Shown in pieces: positions 12,320 through 29,903 of a DNA stretch of 64,000 nt; the stretch's first letter is position 1; the number at the start of each line of letters is the position of its first letter. The notes beneath the pieces were generated by a model. That model was given only the letters and a program-made list of their open reading frames with translations. It made no database searches and was not told the DNA's origin. The stretch spans positions 4,512,001-4,576,000 of the forward strand of contig CP086569.2 of NCBI GenBank assembly GCA_009914755.4, written 5' to 3'. Both the position numbers and the translations under genes were made by a program. The DNA comes from the human T2T-CHM13v2.0 reference genome, Homo sapiens.

Positions 12320-15300
12320 AAAAAAACAAGAGAAAGTAAAGAAATAATAACATCTTTAATACAATAAAGCTGCAATATGTCTGACAGAAGACTTTTTAGT
12401 GGAAACTTTACAGGCCAGGAGAGAGTGGCAGGACATATTTAACATGCTGAAAAAAAAATTTACACTAGCATACCATACGTAGCTAAAGTATCCTTCAAAC
12501 ATGAAGAGAAATAAGGTCTTTCCCAGGCAAACAAAAGCTTCTGAGGGACTTTATAAACACCAGACCTGTCATACAAGAAATGCTAGAGTGTACTTCATTC
12601 AGAAAGAGAAAGTTGATGACAAGCAATAAGATACATCTAAAAGTACAAACTTACTGGTAACAAACAGGAAGTACACAGAAAAACACAGACTAATTTAACA
12701 CTGTAACTGTGGTGTGTAAACTACTTCTATCCTAAATAGAAAGACTAAATGATGAACCAATAAAAAATAAAAACTTCAACCTTTTTATGACCTTGACAAT
12801 ACAATAATATTGTAAATAGAAACAATAAAAAGTAAAAAAGCAGAATGACAAAGGTAGTGTAGGGTCTTTATTAGTTTTCTTTTTGTTTGTTTGCCTTTGC
12901 AAACAGGGTGAAGTTGTTAACAGCTTAAAATAATGGGTTATAAGATAGTATTTGCAAGCCTTATGGTAACTGCAAACCAGAAAACATACAACATATACAC
13001 ACAAAATAAAAAACAAGGAACTAAATCATATCACCAGGGAAAATTACCTTCAATGAAAAGAAGACAAGAAGGAAGGAAAGAACAAAAAGATCACAAAACA
13101 ACAAGAAAACAAATAAACAATGCAGTAAGAGTTAGTCCTTACTCACCAATAATAACATTGAATATAAATGGAATAAACTTTCCAATCAAAAGACACAGAG
13201 TGGCTGACTGAGGACAAAAACGACCCATTGATCTGTTGTATACAAGAAACACATTTTTTAAACATATATGCACCTAACACTGCAGCACCCAGAAAAATAA
13301 AGCAAATATTATTCGCATTCATTACATAGATGGGCCCGAATGCAGTGATAGCTGGAGGCTTCAACACCCCACTTTCAGCATTGAAAAGATCTTCTAGACA
13401 GAAAGTAAACAAATAAACATGACTTAATCTGCACTATAGACAAAATGGATCTAATAGATATTTACAGAATATTTCATCCAAGAGCTGCAGAATACACATT
13501 CTTTTCCTCAGCACATGGATCATTCTCAAGGACAGACCATATATTAAGTCACAAAACAAGTAAAACATTCGAATGATGGAAATAATGTCAAAAATCTTCT
13601 CTGACCACAATGCAGTAAAACAAGTTATTAATAACAAGAGGAATTTTGGAAGCCATAGAAACAGATGGAAAGTAAACAACATCCTCCTGAATCACCAGTG
13701 GGTCAATTAAGAAATTAAGGAGGAAATTGAAAATTTTTCTGAAGTAAATGATAATGGACACACAATATACAAAAGCCTATGGGATACAGAAAAAGCAGTA
13801 CTAAGGTGGAAGTTTATAGCTATAAGTGCCTACATTTAAAAAGAAGGAAAACCAAACAAACAACCTAACAATGCATCTTAAAGAACTAGAAAAGCAAGAA
13901 TAAACTGAACTCAAAATTAGTAGGAGAAAGAAAATAATAAAGATTAGAGTGGAAATAAATGCAACAGAAATAAAGAAAATAATATAAAAGACAAAACAGA
14001 AAGTTGTTTTCTTTTGAAAAGTTAAGCAAAATTAACAAATGTTTAGCCAGATTAAGAAAAAAAGAGAGAAGTCACAAGTAAATCAAATCAGAGTTGAAAA
14101 AGAGACATTACAATGGATATTGATGAAATTCAAAAGTTCATTAGCGGCTCCTAGGAGCAACTATATACCAATAAATTGAAAAATCCATAGGAAATGGACA
14201 AATTTCTAGACACATACAACCTAACAAAATTTAACCTTAAGGAAACTCAAAATCTGAGCAGACCAATAACAAGTAACAAGAATAAAGCTGTAATAAAACA
14301 TTTTCTAATAAATAAAAGTCCAGAATCTGATAGATTCACTGCCAAATTCTAAACATTTAAAGAACTGATACCAATCCTACTCAAACTATTCCAAGATATA
14401 GAGAAGAAGGAAGCACATTCAAACTCATCCTATGAGGTCAGTATTACGTTGATACCAAAACCAGACAAAGAAAACCAAAGCCAATATATCTGATGAAGAT
14501 TGATGAAAAAATCCTTAACAAAATACTAGCAAACTGGTTTAAACAACACATTGAAACTATCAGTCATCATGACCAAGTGGGATTTATTTCAGGAATGCAA
14601 GGATGGGTCAACCTATGAAAATCAATCCATGTGATATATCAACAGAATGAAAAACAAAAAGTTTATTAATTATTTCAATTGATGCTAAAAAAAACATTTT
14701 GTAAAATTCAACGTCCCTTCGTGATAAACACCCTAAACAACTGGGTATAAAAGGAACATACCTCAGTATAATAAAACCCATATATGGGAGACCCACAGCT
14801 AGTATTATACTAAAAATGGAGAAACTGAAAGTCTTTCCTCTAAGATCTGGAACACTGCAAGGATGCCCTTTGTCACCACTGTTATTCAGCATAGTACTGG
14901 AATTCTTATCTAGAGCAATCAGATGAGAGAAACATATAAAGGGCCTCCAAATTGGAAAGGAAGAAGTCAGGTAATCCAAGTTTGCAGATGATATGATCTT
15001 GCATTTAGAAAAACCTTAAGACTCCATGAAAAGTACTATTAGAACTCATAAGCAAATTCTATAAAGTTGCAGAACACAAAATCAACATACAAAAATCAGT
15101 AGCATTTTTATATGGTAACATTGTAAAATCAAAAAAGGGTTTTAAGTATAATCCCATTTACAATAGCCAGAAATAAAATTAAATAGCTAGGAATTTATTT
15201 AACCAAAGTGAAAGATCTTCATAATGAAAACTATAAAACACTGACAAAAGAAATTGTAGAGGACACCAAAAACTGGAAAGATATTCCATGTTCATGTATT

Positions 15301-16262
15301 GGAAGAATCAAAAATGTTAAAATGTCCATATGACCCTAAGCAATCTGCAGATTCAATGCAATCCCTATCAAAATACCAGCGACATTCTTCACAAATCAGC
15401 AAGAAAAAAAAATTATCCCATCAAAAACTGGGCAAAGAACATGAATAGACAATTCTCAAAAGAAGGTATACAAATGGCCAACAAACATATGAAAAAATAC
15501 TCAAGATCTCTAATTATCAAGGAAATGCAAATGAAAACCACAATGAGATATCTCCTTACTCTTCTAGGTATGGCCACAATTAAAAAATCAAAATATAATA
15601 GGCATTGCGGTGGATGTGGTGAAAAGGAAACACTTTTATGCTGCTGGTGGGAATGTAAACTAGTATAACCACTATTGAAAATAGTATGGAGATTCCTTAA
15701 AGAACTAAAAGTACAACTACCACTCAATCCAGCAATCCCACTACTGGGTATTTTCCCAAAGCAAAGGAAGTCATTATATATTTTTAAAAAAACACTTGCA
15801 CACGTATGTTTATAGCAGCACAATTCACAATTGCAAAAATATGGAACCAACCTAAATGCCCATCAATTAATGCATGGATTTTAAAAAGTGGTATATATAC
15901 ACCGTGGAATACTACTCAGCCATAAAAAGGAATGAAATAATGGCATTTTCAGCAACATGGGTGAAGTTGGAAACCATTATTCTAAGTGAAGTAACTCAAA
16001 AATGGAAAACCAAATATCATATATTCTCATTTATAAGTTGGAGCTAAGATATGAGGATACAAAGGTACAGAGTGATATAATGGACTTTGAGGACTCAGGG
16101 GAAGGGTGGCAGAAGGGTGAGGGATAAAAGACTACACATTGGGAAGAGTGTGCACTGCTGAGGTAACAAGTGCACCAAAATCTCAGAAATCACCACTAAA
16201 GAACTTAGTCATGTAACTAAAAACCACCTGTGCCCCCAAAACTATTGAAATAAAATAAAGAG
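12320..16262 (+). mobile_element. Old L1 (L1PB/L1MA-like) body: ORF1 C-terminal remnant, decayed ORF2 (about 13130-16050), 3'UTR
   Basis: ORF1 C-terminal homology (…etlqarrew…); the ORF2 N-terminus is visible in ORF-track 12933..13211 (…sPIITLNINGINFPIKRHRVAD) and the C-terminal domain in 15330..15668 (…NRHCGGCGEKETLLCCWWECKLV); many stops and frameshifts throughout; 3' end …gaaataaaataaagagg. Confidence 0.85.
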
Positions 16263-16550
16263 GAAGAAAAAGACTTCAAGTCTTCAAGATAACTTACTTT
16301 TACAGAGATTTCAATAATTTTGTTTGAGGAAATGAATTTTGCTTTAGTTGTTTCTCTCACAAGATTTCACCCATAATAATGTCACCGTTTTACCCCATAA
16401 CTGGATTATTCTTCATTATGAGAATATATTACCTAACCTATATTACTAAATGAGAAAATATGTTGCTTTGAGAGTTGAGATAAATACATTTTCATCTATT
16501 TTTTTACCTTATAGAGGAAACAAAGTGGTGGAAGTGTTTACATTTGCACA

Positions 16551-18125
16551 CTGTACAGTCATGTATTGCTTAATGACATAGATGCATAGTTAGGCAATTT
16601 CACTGTTGTGCAAACATCATAGAATGTAATTCAAAAACCTAGATACTATAGCCTACTACATAACTAGACTATATGGTACAGCCTAATCCTTCTAGACTAC
16701 AAACCTGTACAGCATGTTACTGTACTGAATAGCGTAGGCAATTGGAAAACAATGGTCAGTATTTGAATATCTAAACATATTTAAACATAGAAAAGTTACA
16801 GTAAAATATAATATAAAAGATTCAAAAAACAATACCTGCATAGGGCACTTATAATGAGTAAATCTTGCAGCACAGAAGATTGCTCTAGGTGAGTCTGTGA
16901 GTGAGCGGTGCATGGATGTGAAGGGCTAGCATATTATTATACCCTACTTTAGAATGTATAGACACTGTACTCTTAGACTACACAATATTTATTTTAAAAT
17001 ATTTATTTCTGATGAATACTGTATGTTGTAACTCATATGTGGGAGCTAAACAAATAAAATTGAGCTCACAGAAGTTTAGAGTAGAATTGCAGTTATTAGA
17101 GGCTGGGAAAAGTGTGGGGGAAGAATAAGGGGAGGTTGGTTAATGGGTACAAAGTTACAGCAAGGTGAGTGGAATAAGCATTATACAGCACTATAAGGTG
17201 AATAAGGTTAACAATAATTCAGTGTATGTTCTTAAAAGCTAGAAGAGATAATTTTGAATGTTCGCAGTGAAAACAAATAATGTTTAAGGTCATGGATATA
17301 TTAATTATCCTGATTTGATCATTACACATTGTATACATGTATTGAAATATCACTCTGTATCCCATTAATATGTGCAATTATTAGGTGGCAACTAAAAATA
17401 AAAGGAATAAGGTGTTTCTTTTTTAAATAATGGATTAATATTAGCTTATGTAACTTTTTAACTTCATAAACATATGTAACTTTTTGACTCTTGTAATAAC
17501 AGCTTAAGTCACATATTGCACAGCGGTAGAAAAATATTTTACACATATCCCTATTTGATAGACTTTTCTCTATTTTTTAATTTTTTAATATTTTACTTTT
17601 TAAACTTTTTATGTAAAAACTAAGACACAAACACACACATTAGTCTAGACCTGCACAGGGTCAGAATCATTAATATCATTGCCTTCCACCTCCATATCTT
17701 GTCCCACTGAAAGGACTTTAGGAGCAATAACACACACATGGAGCTGTCATTTCCAATGTAACAATGTTTTCTTCTTGAATGACTCCTGAAGGACCTGTCT
17801 GAGTTTTGTTTTACAGTTAACTTTTTATGTATATAAATAGAAGATGTATACTCTAAATTAATTATAAAAAGTTTAGTAAATACATAAACCAGTAACATAG
17901 TTGTTTATAATTATCATCAAGCATTATGTTCTGTATATATAATTGTCTATGCTATACTTTTATATTACCATATACATGTGAGTAACACACTGCACTTCAA
18001 CATTACAATGCCTACAATGTCACTAGGCAATACAAATATTTCAGCTCCATTATAATCTTATAGGATTACCTTCCTCTATGCTGTCTATCCTTGACTGAAA
18101 TGTTCTTATGCCTTGCATCACTGTA
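16551..18125 (+). mobile_element. Non-autonomous TIR DNA transposon (tentatively Tigger/pogo group), interrupted by an L1 fragment
   Basis: Termini cagtcatgtattgcttaatgac… and …gccttgcatcactg form terminal inverted repeats flanked by TA on both sides (tgTA|CAGTCATG … CATCACTG|TAgtt). Internal blocks (ggcaatttcactgttgtgcaaacatcatagaatgtaa…cctactacataactagactatatggtacagcc…) match a common human DNA-transposon family from memory; the exact family name is uncertain. Confidence 0.5.
17025..17405 (+). mobile_element. L1 3'-end fragment nested inside the DNA transposon
   Basis: actcatatgtgggagctaaa…ggctgggaaaagtgtgggggaag…gtgcaattattaggtggcaactaaaaataaaagg is L1 ORF2-tail/3'UTR sequence; the transposon sequence resumes immediately after it. 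Confidence 0.75.
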
Positions 18126-18974
18126 GTTAGTTCTATCTGTAAAAAGAAATCTGAATATACAACACATTTTGAAATGTATAATAAACACATTGTTGAAAAG
18201 ATTTCCATCTTCACTAGTTACACAATAAGTACAACACAACTCTCCTTCTGAGATTCTTAGACATTGAGGTTTATCTTAAACCTCAAACTCCTACTCACAG
18301 AATATGTATATTCACACATTTTTGGGGTGTATATTAATGAACATATATAAGAATATATTAAAAAATGACTACAGAAGAAGAAAATCACTCTATTGAGCTC
18401 TAAAATGTACTCACATTCATAAGCTACAAATTTTTACTTCCATTGGCATAAAGCACTATCACTCCATTGCTTCAAAGGCAGCTGTGGCTGACAGAGTTCT
18501 CAAGAAATATTTATCAAAAAAATTTATGAAAGAAAGGGATGTTTTGTCTTGTGTTTCCTGTGATGCTTAAGAACTAAACATATCACATGGTAACTGTATT
18601 TCTTTGAAGTTTTACTATTTTTTTCTTAAGTTCATAAACTACAAGAACCAATATCAAAAATCAACAGTAACAGTACTCTTTAGAGATTTATTATAAATGA
18701 AAAATATAAGAATTAAAAAACTAAATTTTATTTTAGTAGATATTTTACAATGGAAATAATTACATGCACACAAAATGAGCAAATATCCTGAAATTTTGTT
18801 TTGTTCTTTATTTTTGTCAATAAAGGTCTTTTTTGCAAGTTAAGCATTCTCACTATTGAGAACCATGTTGAACACAATTCATCATTTTGATAAGTGCAGG
18901 TAAATTTAACTACCTTTTTATTAGAAAATTAATTGTTAATACTGGTATTTTAAAACATAGATGGATAGAATAAC

Positions 18975-19357
18975 ATGCATCCATAAAAAAAAGAACAAGA
19001 TCATGTCCTTTGCAGGAACATGTATGAAGCTGGAGGCCATTACCCTTAACAAACTAATGCGGGAACAAGAAACCAAATACCAGATGTTCTCACTTATAAC
19101 TGAGAGCTAAATGATGAGAACACATGGACACATGGGAGTAACAACAGACACTGGTGTTTATCAGAGGGTGGAGTGTGGAAGGAGGGAGAGGATCAGGAAA
19201 TATAACTAATGGGTCCTAGGTTTGATACATGCATATTAATACATGGGTGAAAAAAATAATTTGTGCAAGAAATCCCCAAAATACAAGTTTTTCTGTATGA
19301 CAGACATGCACATGTATCCCTGAACTTAAAATAAAAGTTAAAATAATTTTAAAAAAA
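18975..19357 (+). mobile_element. L1 3'-end fragment
   Basis: …gaacaagatcatgtcctttgcaggaacatgtatgaagctggaggccattacccttaacaaactaatgcgggaacaagaaaccaaataccagatgttctcacttataactgagagctaaatgatgagaacacatggacacatgg… with A-rich tail. Confidence 0.85.
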
Positions 19358-19702
19358 CATATTTCTAGCTTTTCTTGAATTAAGTATTATCAAAAATAAT
19401 CAGTATCTAGCTTGGGTTGGAAACATCATCACATGAGTTCCTTCAAGGTCTCCTTTTCAACTTTTAGATTTATGTATATTTATACCGACCACCATTTTAT
19501 TTCTTATGTCAGGGAAAACATTTTGTCTCTTTCCTTCTAAAATACTGGATTCATTCTTCTTCCCTTCTCTCATCTCAGACTTTTGCTTCATTTATTTTCA
19601 ACCTCTCACTCAAAAACAGATCTTTTCCCTTTATTATGAAAACAAATTCACAATGATCTCATACACAGAAAAACAATAAACTTCCCTAAATCCCTATACT
19701 CC

Positions 19703-21978
19703 CTGTATTAATCCATTCTCATGCTGCTGTGAAGAAATCTCTGAGACTGGGTAACTTATAAAGGAAAGAGATTTAATTGACTCACAGTTCCACAGGACTG
19801 GGGAAGCCTCAGGAAACTTATAATCAAGGCAGAAGGGGAAGCAAACATGCTCTTCCTTACAAGGTGGCAGGAGAGAAATGTGCTGAGCAAAAGGGCTAAA
19901 AGCCCCTTATAAAACCATCAGATCTCATGAGAACTCACTCACTATCATGAGAACAGCATGAGGGTAACCACCTCTATGATTAAATTACCTCTCAATTGGT
20001 CCCATCCATGACATGTGAAGATTATGGGGATTACAATTTAAGATGAGATTTGGGTGGGAGCACAAAGCCTAACCATATTATTCCATCCCTGGCCCCTCCC
20101 AAATCTCATGTTCCTTTCACATTTTCAAAACCAATCATGCCTTCCCAACAGTCCCCCAAAGTCTTAATTCCAGCATTAACTCAAAAATCCAAGTCCAATG
20201 TCTCATATGAGACATGGTAAGTCTCTTCTGCCTATGAGCTTGTAAGATCAAAAGAAAATTAGTTACTTCCTGGACACAATCAGGGTACATGTGTTGGGTA
20301 AATATACCCATTTCAAATGGGAGAAATTGGCCAAAATGAAGGGGTTACAGGTTATAGTAAAGTCCAAAATACAATAGGGAAGTCATTAAACCTTAAGCTC
20401 CAAAATGACTACCTTTGACTTCACGTCTCACATCTAGGACACACTGATGCAAAGGATGGGCTCCCATGGCCTTGGGCAGCTCTACCCTTGTGGCTTTGTG
20501 GAGCATAGCCCCCCTCCTGGCTGCTTTTGTAGCTGGCACTAAGTGTCTGTGGCTTTTCCAGGCGCACAATGAAAGCTGTAGGTGGGTCTACCATTCTGGT
20601 GTCTGAAGCACATTGGCCCTCTTCTCACAGTTCCACTAGGCAGTGCCCCAGTGTGTGGGGACTCTGACCCCACATTTCCTTTCCATGCTGCTCAGCAGAG
20701 GTTCTTCATGAAGGTTCACCCCTGCAGCAGACTTCTGCCTGGACATCCAGGTGTTTCCAAACATCCTCTGAAACCTAGGCTGAGGTTCTAAAACTTCAAT
20801 TCTTGTCTTTTGCACACACAGGACCAACATCACATGGAAGCTGCCAAGGTTTAGGGCTTGCACCCTCTGAAGCAATGGCCCAAGCTATATTTTGGCCCCT
20901 TTTAGCCATTACTTGAGTCACTGGGATGCAAGGCACTAAGTCCCTAGGCTGCACACAGCAGGGGGCCCTGGGCATGGCCCAGGAATTAATTTTTTTTCTC
21001 CTAGGACTCCAGGCCTGTGATGGGAGGGGCTGTTATGAAGGTCTCTGACACGTCTTGGAGACATTTTTCCCATTGTCTTGGTGATTAACATTTGGCACTC
21101 CATTACTTATGTAAGTTTCCGCTGCCAGCTTGAATTTCTCCCCAGAAAAAGAATTTTTGTTTTTTATTGTATCATCAGGCTGCAAATTTTCTAATCTTTT
21201 ATGCTTTCTTCCTCTTGAAAGCTTTGCCATTTACAAATTTATTCCGCCAGAAACCGTAAATCATCCCTCTCAAGTTCAAAGTTCCACAAATCTCTAGGGC
21301 AGGGAAAAATGCTGCCAATGTCTTTGCTGAAACATAGCAAGAGTCACCTTCATTCCAGTTCCCAAAAAGTTCCTCATCTCCATCTGAGACCACCTCAGCC
21401 TGGACTTCATAGTCCATACCACTATCAGCATTTTGGTCAAAGCCATTCAACAAGTCTCTAAGAAATTCCAAATTTCCCACATCTTTCTGCCTTCTGAGCT
21501 CTCCAAACTGTTCCAACCTTGGCCTGTTACTCAGTTCCAAAGTCGCTTCCAAATTTTCAGGTTTCCTTATAGTAGTACCCGACTCTGTGCAGTACCAGTT
21601 AACTGTATTAGTCCATTCTCATGCTGCTATGAAGAAATGCTCAAGACTGAGTAATTTATAAAGTAAAGAGGTTTAATTGACTCATGGTTCTGCATGGTTG
21701 AGGAGGTCTCAGGAAACTTACAGTCATGGTGGAAAGGTAAACAAGCACATCCTTCTTCACAAGGTGGCAGGAGAGAGAAGAGCCAAGAGAAAGGGGGAAA
21801 AGCCCCTTATAAAACCATCAGATCTCATGAGAACTCACTCACTATCATGAGAACAGGATGAGAGTAACTACCCCCACGATCAAATTACCCCCCACCGGGT
21901 CCTTCCCATGACACATGGGGATTATGGGAACTACAATTCAAGATGAGATTTGGGTGGGGACACAGCCAAACGGTATCA
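19703..21978 (-). mobile_element. Full-length ERVL-MaLR element (THE1/MST class): LTR 19703-20090, internal 20093-21600, LTR 21600-21978
   Basis: Both LTRs are the reverse complement of THE1/MST LTRs (tgtattaatccattctcatgctgctgtgaag… / tgtattagtccattctcatgctgctatgaag… each ending …tacaat[tt]caagatgagatttgggtggg…). The two LTRs look roughly 15-20% diverged by eye. The internal region is collinear with the internal part of the 51754-54022 copy. Confidence 0.85.
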
Positions 21979-23363
21979 CCCCCTCAAGCTGCAATGCTGT
22001 CTTTCAATTCTCTTCACTACAAAATTCTTAAAAGAATAATATATTTACGCTTCTAAAACCCTATTGTCCAAATTATTCTGTAAACCTTTCCCATGACACT
22101 TTAAAATGTACTATGTCACTCAGGGGAGTCACTGACTAAAATACCCAACAGTCTTTTCATCTTAGTGCTCTTTGTCATTTGACTTATTTTCATTTGTCTC
22201 TTCCCTGGCTGTTGTAATTCTGCATATGTACTTAGCTCTCCTCTTTCTCCTTTATTAACCACTCCTCAGTTTCATGCAACTTTATATTCTGCTTTTCTGG
22301 TTCATATTCCTCTTTGTATAAATGCATGTTTTTACCTGGGATTTTTTTTCTTAACTCTCATCTTGACACATACCAGAGATAATAAGCTGACAATCTCTAT
22401 ACAAAACTTGATTTACAGATATGGCTTGTATGGTCAGCATTCAAACTGAGCATGCATTTTCTAGTTTACCGCAGGCCTCATCAACTCTTAATGGATTATA
22501 ACTGATCTCTTTTGAATATTAATTTTTACCAGAAGTCTTCAATATTTTGTTGTTTATATTTTTGTCTTGTGTACTCTCTTGAGTTCTAAGTTCATATTTT
22601 CTATGGTGTGTTACTCATTTTCATGTACATACCCTATCTGTAGCTAAAAGTCTGTTTCTAAACATCAGATTAGCTTCTCCCCTCTGAAACTCAATCTTCT
22701 GCATTTTTTATTCATGTGAATGGTGCCAATATCTTTCCACTATCTATCTTTCCATCGACTTAGGCTTGAAATATCAGTGTCATCTTTCACTTCTTACAGG
22801 CCACACAAAACCAATTTGTTTTTAAGTCCTGTTTCTTTCAAGGTCTATAATATATGTTTGCATTGATCTCTCCTTTCAGTTCCAGAGCAAGCACCTTAAG
22901 TTAGGTTCTCACTGCCTCTTCTTGGGACCACTGCACTTGCTTCCCTGTAAACTAAATTGTGTTACAAGAAAAGCATTTAAAGTAACATCAAAAGTTTAAC
23001 CTAAAATAAAGAAAATTGGATGGTCCTGAGAGCAAATTTCCAATAACTTAAAGGCTGTCATGGAGAAAAGGGATTAGAGTATCCTGTGTGGTCTTCAGGA
23101 AAGCCAGGACCCCAGTGGGTAGAAGATGTACATGGGCAATTTTTGAGTCAATATAAATAAGCTTTTTCTAATATTTATCTCAGAAAGTAAATGCTATGTT
23201 ACTTTAGACATTTGAACCCAGACTGAAACACAAGTTATGTATGTTACAGAAAAGATTACGTAACTATGAAGGTTCTTTCTTACCAGAGAAGTCTATGATT
23301 TTAAGAACTACACATCTGTAAGACTGTCAGATTGCTAAGTCTATAAGGATTTTAGAATTATTT

Positions 23364-23388
23364 GTGTGTGTGTGTGTGCGTGTGTAGT
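23364..23388. repeat. (GT)n microsatellite, short
   Basis: tgtgtgtgtgtgtgtgcgtgtgtag. Confidence 0.9.
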
Positions 23389-24949
23389 AAAAGGCCTTTT
23401 GTTCAAGTAAGTAATAAACATACCTCACTACTGAGAACCATGCTAAATGCAATTCAACATGCAAGTGAATACAGAGGCCAAGAAATTTTCAATTTCTTTC
23501 AAGATTCAGATGTGTTGATACCTCTTTCCAAAGAAGGAGCATAGTTAAGTGATTTTTCCGACCTGAAAGTAGAAATTGCCCAAATAACATAATGAGAAAA
23601 TATTATTTCTATATTTATGGTCTTATTTACATTTTCAAAGTGTTTTCATTGTTGTTACTTCATTTAATAATCAGAAAAAAGAACCTGAAAACTGGGTTGA
23701 TGTTATTCTTATCTTACTGATTAGAAAACTAAAATTCAGCAGTGTTATTTCTTATTAAAAGGCCATTATCAACATACATGATTAAAACCATTTTTTTTGA
23801 CTCCTAAATCACTGTACTTTCCACTAAAACATGTTGCTTTCCAGTACTGGACAGTTTCTGGTATTAAAATTAACATGAACTCAATGATACAGGTTGAGTG
23901 ATGATAGTGGAGTAAGTTTGAATAATTTAGAAACGAACATACCTGATGAGATGTATTTGATTTATTGATGTTTAATACCATCAAAGTTTCCTTACCACTA
24001 AGGTAAAATTTGTCACACTTAAACTTTTATAGCAATTTTCTCACTGAGAAATGGCAAATTTTTATCAAATACAGATGTGTATTAGAAACGTTTATTTAAT
24101 CAGTTCAAGAGGAAGTAGTTCTTATGACATAGAAATAAAATAACTTATTTCCTCCATCAAATTCCTCTCTTGAGAGTCCATTGAGGGGAAAAAGTCAAAT
24201 TTGACAAAAGCTATCATTGTCAGTATAGCATTGATTAGTTATAGCAGGACTTAAAGTGATGATTCCATTATCAGGATTTTTTTTAATGCTGTGACAATAG
24301 ACAGTTAAAAGTGCTTATTTTACCTTAACACTTATTTATTGGTATGTATTGCCCTTTAAAATTCTTATATCTTAAAATTATTAAATCTTTATCCTGGTAT
24401 AAATAGGATAAAATTTGTATCCTCAGCATGTTGTACATTTCAAAATTAATTGTCAAGACAGAGCCATCTGCTATAATAATTAGACACAGCAGTCCAGCAG
24501 TTGTCCAGCTGTTGCCATCATATAGTGCACTATCCAATATGTAGTAGTCCAGCAGTAGTCCAATATGCTGACACTAAAATGACAAAAACAATTGAGACAG
24601 CTGCAGGTGTAATCCAATACAGAGTAGGAAAGGCAGTCATACCAGCTATTGACTCCTTTACTATCAATATAAAAAGTGTCTTTTAGCCTATGTGGCAAAT
24701 TACCCTATGCTGCAAGTTTATTACCAAATGCTTATTCTTTTCTTCATTAAACTCTTTTACACACTTATAATCACACCCAATTGACTTTCTATACTCTTTT
24801 ATACTGGTTAACATGACTCTATATGCCAACACAACTGAAATCTGTTCAACTTGAAGACGTCTCCTCTAACAAATCTAAAACAAATGGTACTCATACAAAC
24901 CCATCCAACTAAAACTGCTTTCCTTCTAACAAAACTAAGTAATCAACAA

Positions 24950-29903
<4,954 letters not shown>

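Noticed and set aside
24480-24700. Repeated gtccagcag/tccaatatg motifs with mirrored ORFs (24480..24698 minus, 24501..24686 plus)
   Set aside because: Only 2-3 irregular short repeats. This is neither a convincing tandem array nor a known element. The overlapping ORFs on opposite strands are best explained by chance.
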